This document shows, in pieces, positions 29,510 to 39,450 of a stretch of 64,000 nucleotides of DNA; the stretch's first letter is position 1, and each line of letters starts with the position of its first letter. A program made the position numbers and the translations under genes. The notes under the pieces are model-generated. The model ran no database searches. It was not told where the DNA came from and saw nothing but the letters and a program-made list of their open reading frames with translations. The stretch is from an uncultured Verrucomicrobiae bacterium (lineage in GTDB: Bacteria > Verrucomicrobiota > Verrucomicrobiia > Chthoniobacterales > JAFAMB01). The DNA lies in contig CAWIPH010000002.1 in the NCBI GenBank assembly GCA_963837955.1, forward strand, positions 512,001 through 576,000, in the 5' to 3' direction.

Positions 29510-30679
29510 CTAATCTTTGATATTCACATTGTCGATCACTGAAACAGTGCCGCTGCTCGGATTAGTAGTATAGACATATTTTACGTCTGGCCCAAAAGTG
29601 TTGTCGAGAATCGGCGATACTGCTACGTAAAGAGGCTTACTATCTTCGCCCAGCCAGACGCTACGGGGAGATGTCCCAGGGTCGAACTTCCCCCATCTTT
29701 CTCGAATCCGAACCAATTTGTTTTCCCCGGGATCTGCTATAAACAGGTAGCGATTGCCGAATTGAGTGCCTCCGCCAGCTATTCCGGCTAAGTAGGGTTC
29801 GGCGTTAGTGGGCTGATGAAAAACTCCAATCTTCTCCGTGGGCCGATTGCCAATCTTCAAAACCTTCTTTTCTGATTGCAAACACGATATATACAGTTCT
29901 TCCACATCCTCTTGCGCGATCGCAATTCCAAGTGGTGCGGTATTGTCCTGGGTGAAGGTCCGTTCCCCAATGATGATTTGTTTAGTCGCGTCGATCTGCG
30001 TTACGTAGCCTTGCACGTGGGTGCCCGTGTTCGATAGGTCTCCCTGGTTCAATACATGGGCTTTCAATCCGTCCGGACTGAAGACCACTTGCAGCGGGCG
30101 CTGACCAACCGGGATAGAAATCGTGTTAGTCGTTGCCAGGGTAGCAACATCGATGATTGAGACAGTCCCATCTTTGTTTCCGGCTCCAGCGTTACAAACC
30201 CAAAGCTGGCTGCCATCGGGTTTGACTGCCAGACCCAAAGGGGCCGGGCCAACCGGCACCGTCTGGGTCACAGTGTGGCTAGCCGTGGATATCACCGACA
30301 CAGTGTTATCCTGGCTATTGCTGACAAAAGCGGTTGTTCCGTCTGGACTAATCGCTACAAACATTGGCTTGTTGCCAACGGCAATGGTGGCAACCACGCT
30401 GTTAGTTGGAGAGCTTATTACCGAAACGGTGTTCGAACCTGAGTTGGCTACATATACCGCATCACCGCTTGGAGTGACAGCCAAGCCATTGGGCGCCACA
30501 CCAACAAATACCGTAGCGATCAGTGCTTTCGGGTGGGACCCGATCGTGCCGGCCATTCCGGACACCGAAAAGCCCGCGATGATAGTTGCTGTGAATAACG
30601 CCGAAGAGACATCACGACCGATCGAACGCCGCCTTTTTACCATTTTGATACCGCTTTGAAACAAGTGTATCTTTTCCAT
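29510..30679 (-). CDS. Secreted YVTN/YncE beta-propeller protein, paralog B
   Basis: Near-identical to paralog A except for C-terminal loops. Confidence 0.9.
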   Translation of the reverse strand: MEKIHLFQSGIKMVKRRRSIGRDVSSALFTATIIAGFSVSGMAGTIGSHPKALIATVFVGVAPNGLAVTPSGDAVYVANSGSNTVSVISSPTNSVVATIAVGNKPMFVAISPDGTTAFVSNSQDNTVSVISTASHTVTQTVPVGPAPLGLAVKPDGSQLWVCNAGAGNKDGTVSIIDVATLATTNTISIPVGQRPLQVVFSPDGLKAHVLNQGDLSNTGTHVQGYVTQIDATKQIIIGERTFTQDNTAPLGIAIAQEDVEELYISCLQSEKKVLKIGNRPTEKIGVFHQPTNAEPYLAGIAGGGTQFGNRYLFIADPGENKLVRIRERWGKFDPGTSPRSVWLGEDSKPLYVAVSPILDNTFGPDVKYVYTTNPSSGTVSVIDNVNIKD

Positions 30680-31088
30680 ACGGTTTCACTATCAAGCGCC
30701 GACTAACGCTTCAAGCTATTCCTGTCGACCGGCAGCAAATGTACCGTTTCTGTTCGGGCTGGGTTAGTTATCCCAGGTTAGAACGCTCGCCCGAGAACAG
30801 GAAAGCTAGGGGAGAGTCTTGCATCTAGCACGATATGGACGGAGCTGTTACCCAAGTGGATAGTAAAAGTGCATGTGGTGGGTTTACTCCAATCCCGCAA
30901 TTCGCCATCGCTATAGGCCCTTTCGGCTTTTCAAATTAGCCTTCGCTCTTTGGCTTTTACTGGTTATAGCATCCCTAATCTCCATGGCTGTTTCTGACTT
31001 CCTCAAGCACCTTGACCGCAAAGTCAGAACAGGGAGTTCTGATTGCTAATCTGTGATCGCGAGATTTCTTGCTGGTTAACATTCCGCT

Positions 31089-31835
31089 ATGAAAAACCGC
31101 TTGAATTCCATTTTGTTCACCGTCGTTCTGATGGGTTGCTCCTGCTCGGTTGCTAGGGCCGATCAGCCGCCGCAACCATCAATGAATCCCGCCCCTTCCC
31201 CTGGCGGTGGTCCACCCGAAAAGCCCTACTATTTGACGGGGAACGAAGATGTCTGGCAAAACTTTCCTCCAAAGCCGGCCCTTGGATCGCCAACCGATCA
31301 AACTGACCTTCTGATAACTCTTACCCTCCAGGCTTCGCGGACAGAAGATCAAAAAGCGGAAGCCTTTCGCGACAAAAGCTACTCAATCAAGCTCGTGACC
31401 GACGTGATCGATGTCAATTTCGAGACAAAATATCCGAACACGTTTAAGGTGCTCAATAACGCCGATATCGACTCCTATTTCATCAACACGATGATCAAAA
31501 AGGCGAATGGTCGGTTGCGACCCTACGTTCAGCACCCAACTCTAGTCGTGCCGCTGTTTACTGTAAGCGATTTCAGTTACCCGAGTGGACACGCTTCCGG
31601 TCTTGAACTCCAGGCGCGCATCCTAGCACAATTGTTTCCGGCGCAGAGCGATGCATTGCTGAAACGTGCCCGGCAAATCGCCGACGGACGGGTGGTTGCC
31701 GGAGTTCACTACACGAGTGATACAGAAGCTGGTCTCGCCTTGGGTGACCTGCTTTTCGCCCAGCTCGAAACGAAAACTGAGTTCCAAAAAGATCTGACCG
31801 CGGCAGCCACCAAGGATCAGTTACCCCTAAAGTGA
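31089..31835 (+). CDS. PAP2-family (class A nonspecific acid) phosphatase, secreted or lipoprotein
   Basis: K....RLRP, SYPSGH, R.VAGVHY.SD motifs. Confidence 0.9.
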   Translation: MKNRLNSILFTVVLMGCSCSVARADQPPQPSMNPAPSPGGGPPEKPYYLTGNEDVWQNFPPKPALGSPTDQTDLLITLTLQASRTEDQKAEAFRDKSYSIKLVTDVIDVNFETKYPNTFKVLNNADIDSYFINTMIKKANGRLRPYVQHPTLVVPLFTVSDFSYPSGHASGLELQARILAQLFPAQSDALLKRARQIADGRVVAGVHYTSDTEAGLALGDLLFAQLETKTEFQKDLTAAATKDQLPLK

Positions 31836-32012
31836 CCGAAAGTCATAGGAGAGAAAGAACTCAAAACTCAAACCGAAAAAGCCGTTCAGGATAAAGAAAA
31901 GGAACGAACTATCCCGCGCGGGTCGAGACGCGGAGGGGTAAGAGCAAAATAAGCGCTGGTTTCCCCATGGTGTTGCCAATAGCATCTGACGATTCCTAGG
32001 CAATCTCGTGTC

Positions 32013-33479
32013 ATGAAACAGATAGTCTTTCTCCTGTTCAGTTGTTGGCTGACTGCGTTCTCACTGCATGCTGGGGATTCTATTAAGGACAGGTCCCCTG
32101 ACGGCAGATTTGGGTTACTCTTGCATCCCAATAATTCCCCTACCAAGATTGACTTCAGCATTATCCAGATCAGTTCCCATAAAACGGTGCTCAGCCCGGA
32201 GCCATATGACAGCGACGATGCCAGGCTTGGCCGGATTTGGATTGATAGCGTGAAGTTGCTCTGGTCACCCGATTCGAAACGCGTAGCTTTGGTCGCCCAG
32301 TACCGGCGTGGCGACGGGACCACCCTCTATTTTCTATCCGGTTCGGAGTTTATCGAAACAGAGCTGCCCGAATGGAGCCACGTTGAACCTCGACTAATGC
32401 CCAACGAACACGTTGTCAAAAGTACCAATGAAGGTGTTTCACCGGTCCGTTGGCTAGATTCAAACACGCTGGTTTTGCAGGAGGAGAGCGCTTCTTACGT
32501 CGAGAAGGTGGATAAGAACGGCCAGAGCTTTGGTGGGAGGGAAGCGGAGGGCTTCGCAACGGTGACACTGCGTTTCGACGCTGACAACAAGGTATCGGTC
32601 CAAAGCGTCCAGGTAAAGTCAACGGAAGAGAAAAACGAGATTTTGTATACTAGCCTGAGTGGTGCGTTTCGGATCGAGGTGACTGGCAGTAGGTACTCGG
32701 AGGGGGGAAAAGAACCATCAGCAGAGCTTTGGGTAGTCTCTACTAAAGATCCCACGCAGCGGGTGAAGTTGCCGAAAGAGTCCGCCGACTCGGAGCTGGA
32801 AGACTATTTTCGTTTCTCGCCTGATGAGGAATGGCTTTTTGGTTCGCGCGAAGCCGGGCCCGGATTGAGGGTCGGCAATCTCTACCATCGCGTCAGCCCG
32901 TCACAGTTCGAGCGGCTCGAATCGTTCCAGGAATCGGCATGGAAAAATGCGGCAAGTCTAGGGGTCTTGAAAGACGATTATTCGGCTGGGACAGTGGATG
33001 CACAGACCTTTTTCACTTGCTGGAGCCTTGATTCCAGCCGGCTCCTCACTGAGTTGATCGGCGACGTAAACAAGGATTATGGTCTCATCTACTTCAACAC
33101 CCGCACGAGGAAGTTCGAGCTCACCGATTATTTGCGCAAAGTCAACGGTTCGGATTCTACGATGAAGGCTTGCGCGGAACCAAGCGATCCGCTGCCAGGC
33201 GAAAACGAACTGAAAGCGCGTTTTGAGAAACTCGATCGCGACTTGAATAGCGCCTACAAAGAAAGAATAGCGAAGACCGATTCGGGATATCTTTCGGAAT
33301 TACGCGATGGCCAGCGCAACTGGGTCAAACGCCGTGACGCCGGTGTGACCTTTTATCTTGAGACGGCGCCAGCCGTAGAAAAAGAACGCCGCCGGCTCCA
33401 GTTTCTTGGCGATGTCACCGCAGAGCGAATCGAGGAACTTCGGCAAGGCGAAGATTCAAGTGTGGCCTATCGCCTGTAA
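32013..33479 (+). CDS. Secreted protein with a C-terminal LprI (DUF1311)-like domain
   Basis: Signal peptide; two SPD-containing beta modules; LDRDLNSAYK...LRDGQRNWVKRRD...RIEEL. Confidence 0.75.
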   Translation: MKQIVFLLFSCWLTAFSLHAGDSIKDRSPDGRFGLLLHPNNSPTKIDFSIIQISSHKTVLSPEPYDSDDARLGRIWIDSVKLLWSPDSKRVALVAQYRRGDGTTLYFLSGSEFIETELPEWSHVEPRLMPNEHVVKSTNEGVSPVRWLDSNTLVLQEESASYVEKVDKNGQSFGGREAEGFATVTLRFDADNKVSVQSVQVKSTEEKNEILYTSLSGAFRIEVTGSRYSEGGKEPSAELWVVSTKDPTQRVKLPKESADSELEDYFRFSPDEEWLFGSREAGPGLRVGNLYHRVSPSQFERLESFQESAWKNAASLGVLKDDYSAGTVDAQTFFTCWSLDSSRLLTELIGDVNKDYGLIYFNTRTRKFELTDYLRKVNGSDSTMKACAEPSDPLPGENELKARFEKLDRDLNSAYKERIAKTDSGYLSELRDGQRNWVKRRDAGVTFYLETAPAVEKERRRLQFLGDVTAERIEELRQGEDSSVAYRL

Positions 33480-33485
33480 AGAAGG
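33366..33485 (+). repeat. 120-bp direct repeat, copy 1 (3' end of the LprI-domain gene)
   Basis: Matches 34938-35057 with about 8 substitutions and no indels. Confidence 0.9.
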
Positions 33486-33651
33486 CGGCGGAATAGACTT
33501 GGAGATGTTGGTCGATCATTGGTCGACACCGATTGTTGCCCAGGAGCAATCCCGAGAACTCCCGAAGATTCTTTAAACAAAAAGGAAACACAGGTTGATG
33601 TTTCCTAGGCATGAATCTGATGGCGAATTGAAACAGCGAGGAGGCACAGTC

Positions 33652-33835
33652 CTTGACAGACTTCATCCAGCTTCTAATCGAGGATTGGGCCGTCATTTGA
33701 GATCTTTTTCGAAGCGTCGAATCTGCCGGTGAAATTTGCCCCGCTTCGCATTCTCAGATGTTTGGCGATCCAGCCTTGGTCGGCCTCTTGATTCGGCGAA
33801 TGACTTCGTCTGTCAAGATCTGTTGACTGACCCCT
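33652..33835 (-). mobile_element. Internally deleted Y1/RAYT-type element remnant
   Basis: End TGTCAAGATCTGTTGACTGACCCCT at 33811-33835. CTTGACAGACTTCATCCAGCTT at 33652-33673 matches 51969-51990. Minus-strand peptides QGWIAKHLRMRSGAN and SWMKSVK resemble a Y1-transposase C-terminal HTH. Confidence 0.6.
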
Positions 33836-33905
33836 CTTAGACTTCTCCAAAAACCAACGACCTGTAGGTGTTCGCGCTTTATATTGTACCAATTCGAAAG
33901 CTTTT

Positions 33906-34820
33906 ATGAGTGAGGAATTGAAAGAAAAGGAATTTCACGCTGGAAAAACGGGCGTCTACCGATTTCAGCAGGATGGATGGGATGGGTGGGTCCTGCATGA
34001 CTGTACAGTCTCGCTGGAGCCGATGCGGCAATATGCCATCGGCTCCACGGACGAAGAGATTAGGGAGTTGACGGAATTGAATTTTGTCCATGGAGATCAA
34101 ATCCAGCTCAGTACTAATCCGTTGTTGATTCGAAGGAATGATCAATTCATTCTGGTCGACACGGGAATGGGCAAACAGACGGATGGAGCGAACGGTCTGT
34201 TGCTTCATCATCTTTCGCAGTTGGGTATCGAACGAGAACAGATCACTTCTATCTTGTTAACTCATCTCCATATCGATCACATTGGAGGAGCATTTAGTGG
34301 AGAGGATCCGCTTTTCCCAAATGCGAAGGTTTTTATATCTGAAACGGAGATTGGGTTCTGGACGCAGCCGAATCCGGATACGAGCGAACTGCGTGATGTG
34401 CCCCCTCAACTGATTAAACTGACGTTTGAGATAGCCAGAAACGGAGTGCGAACTCTTGAGCGGCAGACGATTTCTTTTAAACCAGATGAAGAAATCATTC
34501 CCGGGGTTACAACGCTCGCGTTACCGGGTCATACTCCAGGACATTCCGGATTTTTGTTTCAATTTGGGGGTGAGTCCTTTATTGCAGCAGGCGATTTCGC
34601 GCACGATCCGTTATTGCAGCTGGCCCGGCCAGAGTGGACGATAATCGGGGATACGCATCGCGCGACGACCGTCAGAACGCGAAAGAGTCTCTTGAAACGA
34701 TTGGCCGAAAACAGAATTCGATTTCACGCTTATCACTTTCCATTTCCTTGCGTTGGCCATGTTCGAACGACTGACCATCAATCCTATGAATTCGTGCCTG
34801 AACGCTGGGTCTGGCGGTGA
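33906..34820 (+). CDS. MBL-fold metallo-hydrolase
   Basis: LVDTG, THLHIDHIGG, PGHTPGH, YHFPFP. Confidence 0.93.
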   Translation: MSEELKEKEFHAGKTGVYRFQQDGWDGWVLHDCTVSLEPMRQYAIGSTDEEIRELTELNFVHGDQIQLSTNPLLIRRNDQFILVDTGMGKQTDGANGLLLHHLSQLGIEREQITSILLTHLHIDHIGGAFSGEDPLFPNAKVFISETEIGFWTQPNPDTSELRDVPPQLIKLTFEIARNGVRTLERQTISFKPDEEIIPGVTTLALPGHTPGHSGFLFQFGGESFIAAGDFAHDPLLQLARPEWTIIGDTHRATTVRTRKSLLKRLAENRIRFHAYHFPFPCVGHVRTTDHQSYEFVPERWVWR

Positions 34821-34847
34821 GTTGGGGTTGGCGGCCCCAGCTTTTTT
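34821..34847 (+). terminator. Rho-independent terminator
   Basis: GTTGGGGTT-GGC-GGCCCCAGC hairpin (with G-U pairs) followed by T6. Confidence 0.6.
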
Positions 34848-34937
34848 CCCACTATGATGCTGACCGCTCCGAGCCTACCACCAAAAGAGAACAAGCTGGT
34901 AGCCCGAGAGATTCAGGAAATCAGGGACGCTCTCAAA

Positions 34938-35057
34938 GCGCCAGCCGCAGAAAGAGAACGCCGGCGGCTCCAGTTTCTTGGCGATGTTACCGCAGAGCGA
35001 GTCCAGGAACTTCGGCAAGGCGAAGATTCAAGTGTGACCTATCGCCTTTAAAGAAGG
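34938..35057 (+). repeat. 120-bp direct repeat, copy 2
   Basis: Matches 33366-33485. Confidence 0.9.
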
Positions 35058-35074
35058 GTGTTTGACTTGCTTGG

Positions 35075-35302
35075 TTACTGAATAGTCCAAAGCGGAAACG
35101 ATTGGCCCGCTTTTAGGTGAGGATCTTCGTGGTAAACAAGATCAAGCTGACCGTCGTGCGTGAAACCCGTGAACGGTTTCTTTTCTCCGAACTCTAAGGT
35201 GTGGAATGAGCCTCGGTACCTTGGGAATCCGATTCGAACGATTACGCGATACTGGGCACCTACGTTATCGACAGCGAGAACTTTTGCGCCAATGGCGGTC
35301 AT
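35075..35302 (-). CDS. Small hypothetical protein
   Basis: Likely start MTAIGAK within ORF 35075-35428; protein-like beta-rich composition. Confidence 0.5.
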   Translation of the reverse strand: MTAIGAKVLAVDNVGAQYRVIVRIGFPRYRGSFHTLEFGEKKPFTGFTHDGQLDLVYHEDPHLKAGQSFPLWTIQ

Positions 35303-35574
35303 TTTTTGGACTTCCAGGGCCTCAGTCAAGTGAGGATTACGGCATAGCAACACGCTGAATTTCACCCGGGTCAATTGGTCGCACGCATACTCTTTTTGAA
35401 GCGTTACCGTTGCCTTTGCGTATGACAAGAGCTCAGCCGATTTCAGTCGCGGTGGTGTGGGTTTTGGCTGTGTACAATACTTTTTTGATTTGGGTCACGG
35501 TGGGTTTCTTTTTGATGGTTGATTTCTTCGGGTAAGAGATATTTGGCCGGCGACCGCTGTCGGCCTCAGTTTAT

Positions 35575-36096
35575 TTACTCATGGGTTTCCTCTTGCGCCT
35601 CACGCCGAGGCGATTCGATCTCAAACACAGTCTCGACCATGACCGGTGTGCCGATGGGTGCACTGTGCACGCCGTACACGACGCGGACGTGTCCCGCCTG
35701 TGCGCCGAAAAGTTGGACAAAGAGGTTCGAGGCGCCGTCGGCGACCGCGGCGTGCTCAACAAATTCCTCCGTCGTCGTAAGGAGGACCGAGAGTTTCACT
35801 AGCTTTTTGAGCCTGTCTAAATCGCCGACGTGTTCTTGGGCCGCTGCCAACGCATTTAGTGCAGCCAACCGAGCGGCCTCGCGGCCCTGATCGACCGAAA
35901 GGTTCGCGCCGAGGCGCCCAGAGATCGCTAACTTGCGATCGACGAGCGGCAATGTGCCGCTTAAAAAGAGCAGGGATCCAACCTGAGACGCCTCGACGTA
36001 AGCTCCCAAAGGGGATGGTGGCTTCGGGAGAACCAAACCGAGCTCCCGCAAACGCGAACCCGGTTTAGCGCGCGCGGCTTTATTTTCGTCCGGCAT
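35575..36096 (-). CDS. RidA/YjgF superfamily protein (Atu1372-like)
   Basis: LPKPPSPLGAYV, LFLSGTLP, VADGASNL, GHVRVVYGV. Confidence 0.88.
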   Translation of the reverse strand: MPDENKAARAKPGSRLRELGLVLPKPPSPLGAYVEASQVGSLLFLSGTLPLVDRKLAISGRLGANLSVDQGREAARLAALNALAAAQEHVGDLDRLKKLVKLSVLLTTTEEFVEHAAVADGASNLFVQLFGAQAGHVRVVYGVHSAPIGTPVMVETVFEIESPRREAQEETHE

Positions 36097-36808
36097 GAAC
36101 GCCTCCGTCCACTCGTAGGTTTTCACCCGTCACAAAGCTGGCGGATTGGAGATAAAGCACGGCCTCGACGATATCCGAGATCTCGGCCAGCCGCGCAATA
36201 GGATGGAACTTCCGCAACGCATCGTGATCGTCGTTTGCGTGCATTGGGGTGTTCACGTTTCCCGGTGACACTGTGTTCACGCGGATCCCGTTGGCGGCGT
36301 ACTCCAATGCCAAAGCCTTGCTCACGGCCGGCATGGTCGACTTCGAAAGCACAGCCAGGACAGCAGGCACGCTGCCGCTCGGCTGGTCCGCCAGGACCGC
36401 CGAGATGTTTACTACGTGTCCCGAATTTTGCTTCTTCATCTGCGGGATCACTTGCTGCGTCATGAAGAAGAAACTAGCCACATTGGTGTTCATTACTAAA
36501 TTGTAGTCGTCCTCGGTGTACTCGGTGAACGGCTTGGCAATGAAAATCCCTGCGTTGTTAACCAGCAGGTCGATCCGGCCGAAATGCTTGATTGCCGCTT
36601 CCGCTATTTTGACGGCGGTTTCCTTCTTGCTGATGTCACCATCAATGAGGACGAGATCGGCCGACGCTTTGAGCTCCTTAGACTTGCTGATAGTCCGAGA
36701 AGTTCCCACAACGTTGTAGCCGTGTTTGGTAAGTGCCAGCGTAATTCCCAGGCCGATTCCACTGGAAGCACCCGTTACAATTGCGACCGGCTTTTGTGCG
36801 CTGTTCAT
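36080..36808 (-). CDS. SDR family oxidoreductase
   Basis: TGASSGIG, NNAG, GIRVNTVSPG, VDGG. Confidence 0.93.
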   Translation of the reverse strand: MNSAQKPVAIVTGASSGIGLGITLALTKHGYNVVGTSRTISKSKELKASADLVLIDGDISKKETAVKIAEAAIKHFGRIDLLVNNAGIFIAKPFTEYTEDDYNLVMNTNVASFFFMTQQVIPQMKKQNSGHVVNISAVLADQPSGSVPAVLAVLSKSTMPAVSKALALEYAANGIRVNTVSPGNVNTPMHANDDHDALRKFHPIARLAEISDIVEAVLYLQSASFVTGENLRVDGGVHAGRK

Positions 36809-37035
36809 ACTATTTTCCTTCTGATCGTGATGTTTCCGGTCCTACTTTGCGTTGGCAGGCCGATCCTCGTAGAACGGATAGTCGTATAACCGTGATGGGA
36901 TGGTTAATGGCTAGGATCTACCCGCTGCCTTTGCTTCTGCTATACTATTATCGACGAGTTACTGTTGCTTTGCAGTCTCACGAACCGAACGCTCGGACGT
37001 ACTAGCCGCCGCGTCCGAAAAAGACGGGATCGGGA

Positions 37036-37149
37036 CTCATTGCGCAGGAGACGCGAGATGATTTGCCAATCCTGACCGGCGTGGCATTGTTGGCGTTGCT
37101 CGATCCGGAGGGATGGCAGAGCGGTTTAATGCACCGGTCTTGAAAACCG
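37036..37149 (+). repeat. 114-bp copy of the tRNA-Ser promoter plus 5' half (att-like)
   Basis: Matches 56750-56863 with 3 substitutions. The tRNA part 37107-37149 is identical and breaks just after the anticodon loop. Confidence 0.95.
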
Positions 37150-37387
37150 ATAATTACCCTCTAGGCAAAATTTCTTCCCCTCGAAGAACAGCTAATAGAG
37201 CCGAATTACAGCGAGCATTGCCATTTGTCAGAAACGTGAATGTTTCCAGCTTCGTTTATTTAAATCCTATCATCTAGAGCAGAGAACCCGGGGAACAGTG
37301 TTCCCTGATTTCGTCCCTCGCCCTGGATGTAACCCATAAGAAGAGATGCCTCCGCTTAGCAAGGAGTCCTAGTGATGTGCTGTTCCA

Positions 37388-37768
37388 TCATTGGCTTTTA
37401 TGGACGACCTCGAACGAATACCCGTCAGGGTCGAATACATCAGCGGCATAGTATCCCGGATAGTATTCCAGTCGTGCACGGGGTGAAATATTGTCTCTGG
37501 CGCCAGCGGAGATTGCGGCCTTGTAGAATTCATCGACCTTATCCTCATCGTCGGCCATAAAGCCCCAGTGAATGGCCGCTGGATCAGGTTTCCCTTGCTT
37601 TATCCAGAAGAATGCCCTTTTGCCATCACCAAATCCCCACAGGTCGGGATGACCGTCTTCGCCCTTGTACGGCATGAAGAATTTGATGCTAAGTGGCTTC
37701 AGCGCCGCCTCATAGAAGGCTAGCGAACGTTCGACATCGCTGACAGTCAGAATAATGTGGTCGAGCAT
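37388..37768 (-). CDS. VOC/glyoxalase family protein
   Basis: MLDHIILTVSD, YYAADVFDPDGYSFEVV. Confidence 0.92.
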   Translation of the reverse strand: MLDHIILTVSDVERSLAFYEAALKPLSIKFFMPYKGEDGHPDLWGFGDGKRAFFWIKQGKPDPAAIHWGFMADDEDKVDEFYKAAISAGARDNISPRARLEYYPGYYAADVFDPDGYSFEVVHKSQ

Positions 37769-38032
37769 AGTTCTCCCTCTCAAATCACGAGTGCTTCAAC
37801 GGCCTTGTCGCCATTGGGTACAGCATGGATAGCAAGCGGCGGTATGTTCATACCCTCGGCCCGGACAGTTCGGACATCTTCAATTCCAATGTTTAGAGGC
37901 CTCAATCCGTCTGAATCCCGCCACACTTGTCACTCCCGCCGTTCAATGCCCGATACTAATCTAGCTGTAACCGACTAACGACGACACAAAAGATGACGAA
38001 AACTCAAATCAAAATAGGAAAGCAAAAACAAC

Positions 38033-38761
38033 ATGGCTATCGCAAATAAAACAGTCTTGATCACCGGCTCCAACCGGGGCATTGGTCGAGCTCTCGTCGA
38101 AGAGGCACTCAAGCGTGGCGCGAAGCGGGTATATGCGGGTGCGCGCAACGCTATCCGACATCCTGACAAACGCGTGACGCCTGTAACTTTGGACGTGACG
38201 AGCGCCTCGCAGATTCAGCGGGCGGCCACCGAAATAGATACCCTGGACATTCTTATAAATAATGCGGGCGTTGCGATCTACGACGATCTGAGCAATTTCG
38301 AGGTGATCGAACAGCACTTAGCTGTCAATTTCTTTGGTCCGCTCAATATGTCGCGCGCTTTCCTGCCGCTGCTGACACGCTCCAAAGGTGCCATCGTCAA
38401 CAATCTCTCGTTGGTGGCGCTTGCAGCCTTGCCGGTTATACCCGCGTACTCCATTTCGAAGGCAGCCGCGTTGAGCATGACGCAATCACTGAGAGCAATC
38501 TTGGCTGGCCAAGGAGTGATGGTCCATGCCGTCATTCTCGGCCCCATCGACACCGATATGAACCGCGGTTTTGAGATACCGAAAGCCTCTCCCGAGTCTG
38601 CGGCAGCGGGCATTTTCGATGGAATGGAGAGAGGGGAAGAGGAGATCTTCCCCGATCCGGCGTCCCAATCCATCGCTGAGGCATGGCGCATGGGCGCGGC
38701 CAAGGCGCTCGAGCGCCAGTTTGCGGCTTTCGTCCAGGCACCGGCGAAGAACCCTGTGTGA
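38033..38761 (+). CDS. SDR family oxidoreductase
   Basis: TGSNRGIG, NNAG, YSISK. Confidence 0.93.
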   Translation: MAIANKTVLITGSNRGIGRALVEEALKRGAKRVYAGARNAIRHPDKRVTPVTLDVTSASQIQRAATEIDTLDILINNAGVAIYDDLSNFEVIEQHLAVNFFGPLNMSRAFLPLLTRSKGAIVNNLSLVALAALPVIPAYSISKAAALSMTQSLRAILAGQGVMVHAVILGPIDTDMNRGFEIPKASPESAAAGIFDGMERGEEEIFPDPASQSIAEAWRMGAAKALERQFAAFVQAPAKNPV

Positions 38762-38852
38762 CGTATCAACAAATCAAAAAGGAAAGGACTATTTAGAGGG
38801 ACCTGAGGGCGCGCAAATCCGGACGGAGAACGCCAGGTCCCAGTTGGGGCGT

Positions 38853-39341
38853 TTACGGTGTTTCCAGTCTTGTGCCTTTCACCAGATCGTTGTCGCTGTC
38901 CAGCACCTTCCGGTCTGCATCCATAAAGTCCACCTTGCAGTCGCGAGTTGTAAACTCGTTCCCTGAATCGGACAAGATCAAGGTGCCATGGACTTGCAGG
39001 TATCCGTTCACTTCGCCGTCCTTCAATAGCACCGCGTAAAACGTCAGTTTGAACTCTCTGTCGCCCGTTTGGGCCCAGCGGCCGTATCCGGGCCCACGCT
39101 CATCCGCAAGGCCTTGGTTCGGCGACGCGAGCGAAAGCTTGGTGTTACCGTCCGTAGTAAAGCTGCCGTCCCCGCCAAAGCTCGCAATGCTCAGTAGAGG
39201 CTGTGGTGGCCCGCCCCCCGCGGATATCTTCACTTCCCACACCCCCACCAACGCCTTTTTCTCAGCCGGCTGTGCGACCAGCATAAGCGGAATAGTCACG
39301 CCCAAGAAAGCCAGCCCGATTAATCGATTTTTCCTGGTCAT
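38853..39341 (-). CDS. Hypothetical secreted beta-barrel-like protein
   Basis: Signal peptide from MTRKNR; LVGVWEV, GYGRWAQTG. Confidence 0.65.
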   Translation of the reverse strand: MTRKNRLIGLAFLGVTIPLMLVAQPAEKKALVGVWEVKISAGGGPPQPLLSIASFGGDGSFTTDGNTKLSLASPNQGLADERGPGYGRWAQTGDREFKLTFYAVLLKDGEVNGYLQVHGTLILSDSGNEFTTRDCKVDFMDADRKVLDSDNDLVKGTRLETP

Positions 39342-39450
39342 ACTCACACGCTGCAAAGGTGTCGCATTCAGGACCACTGTTATACGGTTTTCAACTCGCT
39401 CTTTGATCATCCGCCAGCTTAAACGCTAGTTCTGTTTCCCATTTCGCTGC

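Noticed and set aside
27509..30679. Diversity-generating retroelement acting on the YVTN genes
   Set aside because: Differences include indels and non-adenine changes, both copies are full genes, and there is no reverse transcriptase in the window.
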